Source: Macrostomum hystrix
Taxonomy: Eukaryota; Animalia; Platyhelminthes
DNA: 64,000 nt
Direction: 5' to 3'
Assembly (NCBI GenBank): GCA_950097015.1
Contig: CATNEN010000038.1
Location: 31,868,001 to 31,932,000, forward strand
Every line of letters starts with the position of its first letter. The first letter of the stretch is position 1. The notes under the pieces were generated by a model, which was given only the letters and a program-made list of their open reading frames with translations, was not told the origin of the DNA and did no database searches. Shown piece after piece: positions 1-13,405 of this stretch. The translations under genes and the position numbers were made by a program.

Positions 1-1743
1 AAATAGAAGAATCTGTCGAAATAGAAGAATCTGTCGAAAAAGCAGAATCAGTCGAAACAGAAGAATCTGTCGAAATAGCAGAATCAGTCTAAATAGCAGA
101 ATCTGTCGAAACAAAAGAATCTGTCGAAATAGAAGAATCTGTCTAAATAGAAGAATCTGTCGAAATAGAAGAATCTGTCGAAATAGAAGAATCAGTCGAA
201 ACAAAAGAATCTGTCGAAATAGAAGAATCTGTCTAAATAGAAGAATCTGTCGAAATAGAAGAATCTGTCTAAATAGAAGAATCTGTCTAAATAGAAGAAT
301 CTGTCGAAATAGAAGAATCTGTCTAAATAGAAAAATCTGTCGAAATAGAAGAATCAGTCGAAATAGAAGAATCTGTCGAAATAGAAGAATCTGTCGAAAT
401 AGAAGAATCTGTCGAAATAGAAGAATCAGTCGAAATAGAAGAATCAGTCGAAATAGAAGAATCTGTCGAAACAGAAGAATCTGTCGAAATAGCAGAATCA
501 GTCGAAACAAAAGAATCTGTCGAAATAGAAGAATCTGTCTAAATAGAAGAATCTGTCGAAATAGAAGAATCTGACGAAATAGAAGAATCAGTCGAAACAA
601 AAGAATCTGTCGAAATAGAAGAATCTGTCTAAATAGAAGAATCTGTCGAAATAGAAGAATCTGTCTAAATAGAAGAATCTGTCTAAATAGAAGAATCTGT
701 CGAAATAGAAGAATCTGTCTAAATAGAAAAATCTGTCGAAATAGAAGAATCAGTCGAAACAAAAGAATCTGTCGAAATAGAAGAATCTGTCGAAATAGAA
801 GAATCAGTCGAAATAGAAGAATCAGTCGAAATAGAAGAATCTGTCGAAATAGAAGAATCTGTCGAAATAGAAGAATCTGTCGAAATAGAAGAATCTGTCG
901 AAATAGAAGAATCTGTCGAAATAGCAGAATCTGTCGAAGCAGAAGAATCAGTCGAAATAGAAGAATCAATCGAAATAGAAGAATCTGTCGAAATAGAAGA
1001 ATCAGTCGAAATAGCAGAATCTGTCGAAGCAGAAGAATCAATCGAAACAGAAGAATCAGTCGAAACAAAAGAATCTGTCGAAATAGAAGAATCAGTCGAA
1101 ACAAAAGAATCTGTCGAAATAGAAGAATCTGTCGAAATAGAAGAATCAGTCGAAATAGAAGAATCAGTCGAAATAGAAGAATCTGTCGAAATAGAAGAAT
1201 CTGTCGAAATAGAAGAATCTGTCGAAATAGAAGAATCAATCGAAATAGAAGAATCTGTCGAAATAGAAGAATCAATCGAAATAGAAGAATCTGTCGAAAT
1301 AGAAGAATCAGTCGAAATAGCAGAATCTGTCGAAGCAGAAGAATCTGTCGAAACAGAAGAATCAGTCGAAACAAAAGAATCTGTCGAAATAGAAGAATCA
1401 GTCGAAACAAAAGAATCCGTCGAAATAGAAGAATCAGTCGAAATAGAAGAATCAGTCGAAATAGAAGAATCAGTCGAAATAGAAGAATCAGTCGAAATAG
1501 AAGAATCTGTCGAAATAGAAGAATCTGTCGAAATAGAAGAATCTGTCGAAACAGAAGAATCAGTCGAAACAAAAGAATCTGTCGAAATAGAAGAATCAGT
1601 CGAAACAAAAGAATCTGTCGAAATAGAAGAATCTGTCGAAATAGAAGAATCAGTCGAAATAGAAGAATCAGTCGAAATAGAAGAATCAGTCGAAATAGAA
1701 GAATCTGTCGAAATAGAAGAATCAATCGAAATAGAAGAATCTA
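1..1743. repeat. 18-bp minisatellite (AAATAGAAGAATCTGTCG)n, truncated by window start
   Basis: Direct tandem repetition with period 18 and single-base variants (TCA/TCT, CAA/TAG, GTCTAA). Confidence 0.97.
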
Positions 1744-1929
1744 TAAAAGATAAAAGATAAAATCACAGAAAACTGTCTTCTTGCAGATTGATATCTGTAG
1801 GAAAATCAATCTCAAAGAAATATAGAGAAGCTAAGAACAATACAAGGAAATAGTTATACGAGCGTAATAGTTTTCACGCCGATCGACCAGTTGGATTAGG
1901 ATTATGGTTCTTAAGCCTTATTCTCACGT

Positions 1930-1930
<1 letters not shown>

Positions 1931-1958
<28 letters not shown>
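1931..1958. repeat. (AGC)n microsatellite
   Basis: About 9 AGC units. Confidence 0.9.
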
Positions 1959-1960
<2 letters not shown>

Positions 1961-2270
1961 TTCAGTCCGAAGGGATTATGAGGTGTTCTCTCAATATAAT
2001 AAAAATGCAAATTAATCGCGAATCAATGCTGCATTTTCGGGCAATTCCCCTACTCAGCATCCTGACCTCAATCGTGAGTCCAGTCCAATTATTGGCCGAA
2101 ATCAAAGGTGGTCTCTGGAGACTATTGAAACAGAACATGGAATAACTAACGAGACTTGTCGCGGTACGGTTGAGGTTGAAATATTTTTTAAGATAGAGAT
2201 TGAGACAATTCTCTAGAGATAAAAAGAGTTCGATAGCAAAAAAACCCAATTTGGTTTCACTTGGATTAAA

Positions 2271-4950
2271 AATGAGATTTGGGTAGATAATGAGATACTG
2301 GGTAGATAATGAGATACTGGGTAGATAATTACATATTGGGTAGATAATGAGATATTGGGTAGATAATGAGATACTGGGTAGATAATTACATATTGGGTAG
2401 ATAATGAGATATTGGGTAGATAATGAGATACTGGGTAGATAATTAGATACTGGGTAGATAATGAGATATTGGGTAGAGAATGAGATACTGGGTAGATAAT
2501 GAGATTTGGGTAGATAATGAGATACTGGGTAGATAATGAGATACTGGGTAGATAATTACATATTGGGTAGATAATGAGATATTGGGTAGATAATGAGATA
2601 CTGGGTAGATAATTAGATACTGGGTAGATAATGAGATATTGGGTAGATAATGAGATACTGGGTAGATAATTAGATACTGGGTAGATAATGAGATATTGGG
2701 TAGAGAATGAGATACTGGGTAGATAATTACATATTGGGTAGATAATGAGATATTGGGTAGATAATGAGATACTGGGTAGATAATTAGATACTGGGTAGAT
2801 AATGAGATATTGGGTAGAGAATGAGTTACTGGGTAGATAATGAGATTTGGGTAGATAATGAGATACTGGGTAGATAATGAGATACTGGGTAGATAATTAC
2901 ATATTGGGTAGACAATGAGATATTGGGTAGATAATGAGATACTGGGTAGATAATTAGATACTGGGTAGATAATGAGATATTGGGTAGATAATGAGATACT
3001 GGGTAGATAATTAGATACTGGGTAGATAATGAGATATTGGGTAGAGAATGAGATACTGGGTAGATAATGAGATATTGGGTAGATAATGAGATATTGGGTA
3101 GATAATGAGATACTGGGTAGATAATCAGATATTGGGTAGAGAATGAGATACTGGGTAGATAATGAGATATTGGGTAGATAATGAGATATTGGGTAGAGAA
3201 TGAGATATTGGGTAGATAATGAGATATTGGGTAGAGAATGAGATATTGGGTAGATAATGAGATACTGGGTAGATAATCAGATATTGGGTAGATAATGAGA
3301 TATTGGGTAGATAATGAGATACTGGGCAGATAATCAGATATTGGGTAGAGAATGAGATACTGGGTAGAGAATGAGATATTGGGTAGATAATGAGATACTG
3401 GGTAGATAATCAGATACTGGGTAGATAATGAGATATTGGGTAGATAATGAGATATTGGGTAGAGAATGAGATATTGGGTAGATAATGAGATACTGGGTAG
3501 ATAATCAGATATTGGGTAGATAATGAGATATTGGGTAGATAATGAGATACTGGGTAGATAATGAGATATTGGGTAGATAATCAGATATTGGGTAGATAAT
3601 GAGATACTGGGTAGATAATGAGATATTGGGTAGATAATGAGATATTGGGTAGAGAATGAGATACTGGGTAGATAATGAGATATTGGGTAGATAATGAGAT
3701 ATTGGGTAGATAATGAGATATTGGGTAGAGAATGAGATACTGGGTAGATAATGAGATATTGGGTAGAGAATGAGATATTGGGTAGATAATGAGATACTGG
3801 GTAGATAATCAGATATTGGGTAGATAATGAGATATTGGGTAGATAATGAGATATTAAGTAGATAATGAGATACTGGGTAGATAATCAGATATTGGATAGA
3901 TAATGAGATACTGGGTAGATAATCAGATATTGGGTAGTTAATGAGATACTGGGTAGATAATGAGATACTGGGTAGATAATGAGATATTGGATAGATAATG
4001 AGATACTGGGTAGATAATCAGATATTGGGTAGATAATGAGATACTGGGTAGATAATCAGATATTGGGTAGATAATGAGATATTGGGTAGATAATGAGATA
4101 CTGGGCAGATAATGAGATATTGGGTAGATAATGAGATACTGGGTAGATAATCAGATATTGGGTAGATAATGAGATATTGGGTAGATAATCAGATATTGGG
4201 TAGTTATTGAGATATTGGGTAGATAATGAGATACTGGGCAGATAATCAGATATTGGGTAGATAATGAGATACTGGGTAGATAATGAGATACTGGGTAGAT
4301 AATGAGATACTGGGTAGATAATGAGATACTGGGCAGATAATCAGATATTGGGTAGTTAATGAGATATTGGGTAGATAATGAGATATTGGGTAGATAATCA
4401 GATATTGGGTAGATAATGAGACACTGGGTAGATAATGAGATACTGGGTAGATAATCAGATATTGGGTAGATAATGAGATACTGGGTAGAGAATGAGATAC
4501 TGGGTAGATAATGAGATATTGGGTAGAGAATGAGATACTGGGTAGATAATGAGATATTGGGTAGATAATGAGATATTGGGTAGATAATGAGATATTGGGT
4601 AGAGAATGAGATACTGGGTAGATAATGAGATATTGGGTAGATAATCAGATATTGGGTAGTTAATGAGATATTGGGTAGATAATGAGATACTGGGTAGATA
4701 ATGATATATTGGGTAGATAATGAGATATTGGGTAGATAATGAGATATTGGGTAGATAATGAGATACTGGGTAGATAATGAGATACTGGGTAGATAATGAG
4801 ATATTGGGTAGATAATGAGATATTGGGTAGATAATGAGATACTGGGTAGATAATGAGATACTGGGTAGATAATGAGATATTGGGTAGATAATCAGATATT
4901 GGGTAGATAATTAGATATTGGGTAGATAATCAGATATTGGGTAGAGAATA
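2271..4950. repeat. 19-bp minisatellite (GGGTAGATAATGAGATAYT)n
   Basis: Direct tandem repetition, period 19. Confidence 0.97.
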
Positions 4951-5639
4951 AGTAGAGCGGAGAACTGGGTGGAGAGGATCAGAAGTTCAAATTTATGTTG
5001 ATTAGAAGTGGAGTTGGACAAAGATAGATGAAAAACGGAAACGAGAAAGTTTAATTTCTGCCACAACATATTTTTAGTGTCTTCCGTTTTATCTCTCAAG
5101 TATTGACTCAGAATCCCATTTTTCTAGGATTTCCAAAATCCCCAAAGAGCTGCCAGTCGAATCAATTGCGGGAAGGATGCTAGAGAAAAATCCTCTATGG
5201 GGATTGGGGCCTTTTAATTATCGATAAGGATCAACTTAGCGTGGGTCAGTTGGACTAAAGAATGGAGCTTAAGGGTTCCGTTGTGAGAGCAGTAGAGCTG
5301 GGGATCGCATATTGTCTGAATTAATGAAGCCGAACATCTTGATAAAGCTTTTTCCAGTCTCGCTGCTTCAGATTTTTAGAAGCCAATTTCTTGTTCCGAT
5401 TTCGTAGGGAAACAGAGATGAGAGAGAGGGTAGAGAAGGGGAAGGGGAGATTATAAAGGACAGCGAAGAGTGGACGGGAAGAGAGGATGGGGAGAGAGAC
5501 AGTGGGAGAGAGGAGAGTTGAGTGGACAGTACGGAGAGAGGGAATTGGGGAGAGAGGGTAGAAGGGGAAGGGGAGAGGGGTAGAGTGGATAATGATAGGG
5601 TAGAGGGATAGGGGATGAGAAAAGGGGAGATGTAAGAAA

Positions 5640-6545
5640 AGATAGAGGAGAGGAGAGAAAAGAGAGGGGAGAGGGGAGAAAAGAGAGGGGAGAGGAGAGA
5701 AAAGAGAGGGGAGAGGGGAGAAAAGAGAGGGGAGAGGGGAGAAAAGAGAGGGGAGAGGGGAGAAAAGAGAGGGGAGAGGGGAGAAAAGAGAGGGGAGAGG
5801 GGAGAAAAGAGAGGGGAGAGGGGAGAAAAGAGAGGGGAGAGGGGAGAAAAGAGAAGGGAGAGGGGAGAAAAGAGAGGGGAGAGGGGAGAAAAGAGAGGGG
5901 AGAGGAGAGAAAAGAGAGGGGAGAGGGGAGAAAAGAGAGGGGAGAGGGGAGAAAAGAGAGGGGAGAGGGGAGAAAAGAGAGGGGAGAGGGGAGAAAAGAG
6001 AGGGGAGAGGGGAGAAAAGAGAGGGGAGAGGGAAGAAAAGAGAGGGGAGAGGGGAGAAAAGAGAGGGGAGAGGGAAGAAAGGAGAGATGGGAGAAGAGAG
6101 AAAAGAGAGGGGAGAGGGGAGAAAAGAGAGGGGAGAGGGGAGAAAAGAGAGGGGAGAGGGAAGAAAAGAGAGGGGAGAGGGAAGAAAGGAGAGATGGGAG
6201 AAGAGAGAAAAGAGAAGGGAGAGGGGAGAAAAGAGAGGGGAGAGGGAAGAAAAGAGAGGGGAGAGGGAAGAAAGGAGAGATGGGAGAAGAGAGAAAAGAG
6301 AAGGGAGAGGGAAGAAAAGAGAAGGGAGAGGGAAGAAAAGAGAAGGGAGAGGGGAGAAAAGAGAGGGGAGAGGGGAGAAAAGAGAAGGGAGAGGGAAGAA
6401 AAGAGAGGGGAGAGGGAAGAAAAGAGAGGGGAGAGGGAAGAAAAGAGAGGGGAGAGGGGAGAAAGGAGAGATGGGAGAAGAGAGAAAAGAGAGGAGAGGG
6501 GAGAAAAGAGAGGGGAGAAAAAAGAAAGGAGAGGAAGAAAAGAGA
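5640..6545. repeat. 21-bp almost purine-only minisatellite (GGGGAGAAAAGAGAGGGGAGA)n
   Basis: Tandem, nearly all A/G on +; source of the SPLSPLF and ERGEGRK ORFs. Confidence 0.95.
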
Positions 6546-7380
6546 GTGGAGAGTGGAGAAAGTGCTCATACACAGATCCCCAGAAAGGAATCTTATCAGC
6601 AGTCACTGAGATTCAGGATACAGGGATCAAACGAGTTAGAACCAAATCTTAGCCAAATCAGTTAAAACTGCATCAATCAAAGCCATGTGCAGACAGGTAT
6701 GCACTAAACAGCCGCATGCTGAAAGCTATATGTCATTCATTTGGCGACAGTATTAGAAAGCAGAACTTCATCACATATTATTATTTTATTTATTCTTTGA
6801 ATGAATTCAAAGCCATTAAATATAGAAAACTTTTTGTATAGTTGAGCATAGTACATGCCAATAATAGATTGCCAAGTATGAGTACAGAAACGGGACTAGA
6901 GAAAAGAAAATGAGCAGCAAATTGAGTTTGCTATAGTCTGACAAGGTCGTATCAAAGGTTTTTTACATTTGTCTCACTTCCCTTTTCTAGTTGGGGGATT
7001 TTTTGGATTCGCTTTACAAGTACGAGTATAGTATATGGCTCTAGAAAAAGTGCTCAAACTAAACTGATCATCCATCTAGAAAAATTATCGTGATCTAATT
7101 CCGAGAGGGGAAATTAGTTCTTAACTACACTTCGAAAGTTGGGAAGTGAGCATGGGAATACACTTAGATCTACTGATTTCTTAACGCATGGCTTATGCAA
7201 GACAAACTCAATTCAGTCTCATGTTTTCATATAATCACTCTATTACTTGAGCTCATTGTTTGCTTACATAATAAGTGAAGCATGCTGTGACATGCTTATT
7301 AATATTATTCTTTTACGGCTATACAATGTGCGCAGCACAACCACTGAATAAATAAGATAATATAAGATGTTTATTTAGAA

Positions 7381-10300
7381 AGATGAGAAGTGGAGTGAGA
7401 GGGTGAGAAGTGGAGTGAGAGGATGATAAGTGGAGTAAGAGGGTAAGAAGTGGAGTGAGAGGATGAGACGTGGAGTGAGAGTATGAGAAGTGGAGTGAGA
7501 GTATGAGAAGTGGAGTGAGAGTATGAGAAGTGGAGTGAGAGTATGAGAAGTGGAGTGAGAGTATGAGAAGTGGAGTGAGAGGGAAAGAAGTGGAGTGAGA
7601 GGGTGAGAAGTGGAGTGAGAGTATGAGAAGTGGAGTGAGAGTATGAGAAGTGGAGTGAGAGTATGAGAAGTGGAGTGAGAGGGTGAGAAGTGGAGTGAGA
7701 GGATGATAAGTGGAGTGAGAGGATGAGAAGTGGAGTGAGAGGATGATAAGTGGAGTGAGAGGATGAGAAGTGGAGTGAGAGGATGATAAGTGGAGTGAGA
7801 GGATGATAAGTGGAGTGAGAGGCTGAGAAGTGGAGTGAGAGGCTGAGAAGTGGAGTGAGAGGATGAGAAGTGGAGTGAGAGGATGATAAGTGGAGTGAGA
7901 GGCTGAGAAGTGGAGTGAGAGGATGATAAGTGGAGTGAGAGGATGATAAGTGGAGTGAGAGGGTGAGAAGTGGAGTGAGAGGATGATAAGTGGAGTGAGA
8001 GGATGAGAAGTGGAGTGAGAGGATGAGAAGTGGAGTGAGAGGATGAGAAGTGGAGTGAGAGGATGAGAAGTGGAGTGAGAGGGTGAGAAGTGGAGTGAGA
8101 GGGTGAGAAGTGGAGTGAGAGGATGATAAGTGGAGTGAGAGGATGAGAAGTGGAGTGAGAGGATGATAAGTGGAGTGAGAGGGTGAGAAGAGGAGTGAGA
8201 GGGTGAGAAATGGAGTGAGAGGATGAGAAGTGGAGTGAGAGGATGAGAAGTGGAGTGAGAGGATGATAAGTGGAGTGAGAGGATGAGAAGTGGAGTGAGA
8301 GGATGATAAGTGGAGTGAGAGGGTAAGAAGTGGAGTGAGGGGGTGAGAAGTGGAGTGAGAGGATGATAAGTGGAGTGAGAGGATGATAAGTGGAGTGAGA
8401 GGATGAGAAGTGGAGTGAGAGGATGAGAAGTGGAGTGAGAGGGTAAGAATTGGAGTGAGAGGGTAAGAAGTGAAGTGAGAGGGTAAGAAGTGGAGTGAGA
8501 TGGTAGGAAGTGGAGTGAGATGGTAGGAAGTGGAGTGAGATGGTAAGAAGTGGAGTGAGATGGTAGGAAGTGGAGTGAGATGGTAGGAAGTGGAGTGAGA
8601 GGGTAAGAAGGAGTGAGAGGGTAAGAAGTGGAGTGAGAGGGTAAGAAGTGGAGTGAGAGAGCAAGAAGTATAAATAGAGGATGAGAAGTGGAGTGAGAGG
8701 ATGATAAGTGGAGTGAGAGGGTGAGAAGTGGAGTGAGAGGATGAGAAGTGGAGTGAGAGGGTGAGAAGTGGAGTGAGAGAGCAAGAAGTATAAATAGAGG
8801 ATGAGAAGTGGAGTGAGAGGATGATAAGTGGAGTGAGAGGGTGAGAAGTGGAGTGAGAGGGTGAGAAGTGGAGTAAGAGGATAAGAAGTGGAATGAGATG
8901 ATAAGAATTGGAGTGAGAGGGTGAGAAGTGGAGTGAGAGGGTGAGAAGTGGAGTGAGAGTATGAGAAGTGGAGTGAGAGGGTAAGAAGTGGAGTGAGAGG
9001 ATGAGACGTGGAGTGAGAGGGTGAGAAGTGGAGTGAGATGGTGAGAAGTGGAGTGAGATGGTGAGATGTGGAGTGAGAGGATGAGAAGTGGAGTGAGAGG
9101 GTAAGAAGTGAAGTGAGAGGGTAAGAAGGAGTGAGATGGTAAGAAGTGGAGTGAGAGGGTAAGAAGTGGAGTGAGAGGGTAAGAAGTGGAGTGAGAGGGT
9201 AAGAAGTGAAGTGAGAGGGCAAGAAGTGGAGTGAGAGGGTAAGAAGTGGAGTGAGAGGGCAAGAAGTGGAGTGAGAGGGTAAGAAGTGAAGTGAGAGGGT
9301 GAGAAGTGGAGTGAGAGGGTGAGAAGTGGAGTGAGAGTATGAGAAGTGGAGTGAGAGGGAAAGAAGTGGAGTGAGAGGATGAGACGTGGAGTGAGAGGGT
9401 AAGAAGTGGAGTGAGAGGATGAGACGTGGAGTGAGAGGGTGAGAAGTGGAGTGAGATGGTGAGAAGTGGAGTGAGATGGTGAGAAGTGGAGTGAGAGGAT
9501 GAGAAGTGGAGTGAGAGGGTAAGAAGTGAAGTGAGAGGGTAAGAAGGAGTGAGATAGTAAGAAGTGGAGTGAGAGGGTAAGAAGTGGAGTGAGAGGGTAA
9601 GAAGTGGAGTGAGAGGGTAAGAAGTGAAGTGAGAGGGCAAGAAGTGGAGTGAGAGGGTAAGAAGTGGAGTGAGAGGGCAAGAAGTGGAGTGAGAGGGTAA
9701 GAAGTGGAGTGAGAGGGTGAGAAGTGGAGTGAGAGGATGATAAGTGGAGTGAGAGGATGAGAAGTGGAGTGAGAGGATGATAAGTGGAGTGAGAGGATGA
9801 TAAGTGGAGTGAGAGGCTGAGAAGTGGAGTGAGAGGCTGAGAAGTGGAGTGAGAGGATGAGAAGTGGAGTGAGAGGATGATAAGTGGAGTGAGAGGCTGA
9901 GAAGTGGAGTGAGAGGATGATAAGTGGAGTGAGAGGATGATAAGTGGAGTGAGAGGGTGAGAAGTGGAGTGAGAGGATGATAAGTGGAGTGAGAGGATGA
10001 GAAGTGGAGTGAGAGGATGAGAAGTGGAGTGAGAGGATGAGAAGTGGAGTGAGAGGATGAGAAGTGGAGTGAGAGGGTGAGAAGTGGAGTGAGAGGGTGA
10101 GAAGTGGAGTGAGAGGATGATAAGTGGAGTGAGAGGATGAGAAGTGGAGTGAGAGGATGATAAGTGGAGTGAGAGGGTGAGAAGAGGAGTGAGAGGATGA
10201 GAAGTGGAGTGAGAGGATGAGAAGTGGAGTGAGAGGGTGAGAAGTGGAGTGAGAGGATGATAAGTGGAGTGAGAGGATGAGAAGTGGAGTGAGAGGATGA

Positions 10301-11935
10301 TAAGTGGAGTGAGAGGATGAGAAGTGGAGTGAGAGGATGATAAGTGGAGTGAGAGGATGATAAGTGGAGTGAGAGGCTGAGAAGTGGAGTGAGAGGCTGA
10401 GAAGTGGAGTGAGAGGATGAGAAGTGGAGTGAGAGGATGATAAGTGGAGTGAGAGGCTGAGAAGTGGAGTGAGAGGATGATAAGTGGAGTGAGAGGATGA
10501 TAAGTGGAGTGAGAGGGTGAGAAGTGGAGTGAGAGGATGATAAGTGGAGTGAGAGGATGAGAAGTGGAGTGAGAGGATGAGAAGTGGAGTGAGAGGATGA
10601 GAAGTGGAGTGAGAGGATGAGAAGTGGAGTGAGAGGGTGAGAAGTGGAGTGAGAGGGTGAGAAGTGGAGTGAGAGGATGATAAGTGGAGTGAGAGGATGA
10701 GAAGTGGAGTGAGAGGATGATAAGTGGAGTGAGAGGGTGAGAAGAGGAGTGAGAGGGTGAGAAATGGAGTGAGAGGATGAGAAGTGGAGTGAGAGGATGA
10801 TAAGTGGAGTGAGAGGCTGAGAAGTGGAGTGAGAGGATGAGAAGTGGAGTGAGAGGATGAGAAGTGGAGTGAGAGGGTGAGAAGTGGAGTGAGAGGATGA
10901 TAAGTGGAGTGAGAGGATGAGAAGTGGAGTGAGAGGATGATAAGTGGAGTGAGAGGATGAGAAGTGGAGTGAGAGGATGATAAGTGGAGTGAGAGGGTAA
11001 GAAGTGGAGTGAGGGGGTGAGAAGTGGAGTGAGAGGATGATAAGTGGAGTGAGAGGATGATAAGTGGAGTGAGAGGATGAGAAGTGGAGTGAGAGGATGA
11101 GAAGTGGAGTGAGAGGATGATAAGTGGAGTGAGAGGCTGAGAAGTGGAGTGAGAGGATGATAAGTGGAGTGAGAGGATGATAAGTGGAGTGAGAGTATGA
11201 GAAGTGGAGTGAGAGGATGATAAGTGGAGTGAGAGGATGATAAGTGGAGTGAGAGGATGAGAAGTGGAGTGAGAGGGAGAGAAATGGAGTGAGAGGGTGA
11301 GAAGTGGAGTGAGAGGATGAGAAGTGGAGTGAGAGTATGAGAAGTGGAGTGAGAGTATGAGAAGTGGAGTGAGAGGATGATAAGTGGAGTGAGAGGATGA
11401 GAAGTGGAGTGAGAGGATAATAAGTGGAGTGAGAGGGTAAGAAGTGGAGTGAGGGGGTAAGAAGTGGAGTGAGGGGGTGAGAAGTGGAGTGAGAGGGTGA
11501 CAAGTGGAGTGAGAGGGTGACAAGTGGAGTGAGAGGATGATAAGTGGAGTGAGAGGATGAGAAGTGGAGTGAGAGGGAGAGAAATGGAGTGAGAGGGTGA
11601 GAAGTGGAGTGAGAGGATGAGAAGTGGAGTGAGAGTATGAGAAGTGGAGTGAGAGTATGAGAAGTGGAGTGAGAGTATGAGAAGTGGAGTGAGAGGATGA
11701 GAAGTGGAGTGAGAGGATGAGAAGTGGAGTGAGAGGATAAGAAGTGGATAAGAGGATTAGAAGTGGAGTGAGAGGATAAGAAGTGGATAAGAGGATGAGA
11801 AGTAGACTGAGATGATAAGAAATGGAGTGAGAGGATAAGAAGTGGAGTGAGAGGATAAGAAGTGGAGTGAGAGGATAAGAAGTGGATAAGAGGATGAGAA
11901 GTGGAGTGAGAGGGTAAGAAGTATAATTAGAGGAT
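7381..11935. repeat. 20-bp minisatellite (GAGAAGTGGAGTGAGAGGAT)n, ~4.5 kb
   Basis: Period 20; internal block duplications, e.g. GCAAGAAGTATAAATAGAGG at 8661 and 8781. Confidence 0.97.
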
Positions 11936-13405
11936 AAGACCTAGAGTGGGAGAATGAGAAGCATAATGAGAGGATAAGAAGTAGAGTATATAAAGGAAAG
12001 ACTTTTGATAAAGCTCTAGTTGGAGCCAAAAAATATTATTCACCGTTAAAAAACACACATACTACTTATTAATAACATAAGTAGTATTACACAGTGTACA
12101 CAATACATGTACACTGTGTATTGTGTGTGTCCGGCAAAGCATTATAATTTATATTTTCCAGTTTAATAATTGCTAGTTTAGATGCGATGATTGCAAAACT
12201 ATAGCTGCTTTTATTAGCTGTTTTAGAAGTAGAGTAGTGGTTCAAGTAGAGAAGTGCATGTAATTAAACAAATTTTTCATTTTGCACTTGTACAAGCATC
12301 GTTACATGGCATGCAATATATTTACAGTGCATGAGAGTCCTACAGTATGCAGTATGGTACCAATGCCTTTGGCACTGTACGCTAGACAATTTACATAGTG
12401 GAATTCCCGCATAGAAAAGAATGTACATACGCTCGTATATGCTTTGCTGCGGTAAGGGGAGCGGGCTTGATGTACACTGCCGACTGGACGACAACCCCCC
12501 CAGCCCCAGCGAGATAATCGATGTACATTTCAAGCACAAACCCTTCCAGGCCAGGCCGCGTGTGCACACTAGCTCAGTCGAACCCTTAAAACTGAATGCG
12601 CCGAAATTTGCAACAATTAAGGGATTTTGATTCCGGTTCTTTCCGGATTAGTGCCTAGCACTTTGGCGGAACACACACGCACGCACACAGTTCGTAGAAT
12701 TTTGTAAATTTAAAACCTTTTGTCGCAGTTTACAACGCTAGAATGATCGACTGTAGTGTAGAAAATCTTCCAGTCCTTGGTGTCGTTTGGAAAAGCCGTA
12801 TTTCGATAGTTGAGTCATATTATATAGGAAAGTAACCGTTATTATATTTAATACTACTGTAAACCGTTTTTAAACAAAGCGGTTTACTCAGCAGTGTATG
12901 CATATCAAACAAGTGTACTGTGCATGTTATATATTAAGCCCTGTGCTGCATTGCATAGAAAGAAAAGTTAACTTTACAATAGTAACCTATGTATATTGTT
13001 TAGAGGCTATTGCAGCACAGTGTGCATGTAGGTTAGACAGAAGTTTTTCTGTATGCGCATATAACATCTGGGACTATATAGCATGGAAGCCCATATTGAG
13101 ATCGGAACAGGCTGCTCGTGTGGCTGAACCGCAACACACCATGCAATGCGAGTGGCGCTAAGCGAGAAAGACCTGACTGGCTGTTAACGAATGGCCATTG
13201 GTTCGCTGAACTCGCTGCAGCCGCATGCAGCTGCTCTTCTCTTTCTCTATTTTGTTGGCTCGCGTGGCATAAAAGACTGTACCCAGCTGATCTCAAATTC
13301 TGCGCATTGGAGTCTAGCTGAGAGTCATTGCTGCTTTTAACAACTCATTAATAGCCTGAATTTTAAAGAGTTTGTTTAACAAATCGATTGTTTCATCTAG
13401 TTGCC

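Noticed and set aside
1-1743. EIEESV reading frame in the 18-bp array
   Set aside because: Recurrent in-frame TAA variants, and no start or splice support visible.
5368-11523. Very long ORFs (up to 1394 aa) of SPLSPLF and SHSTSHPL repeats
   Set aside because: Several frames are open only because the C/T-rich repeat strand lacks stop codons; no domain or gene context.
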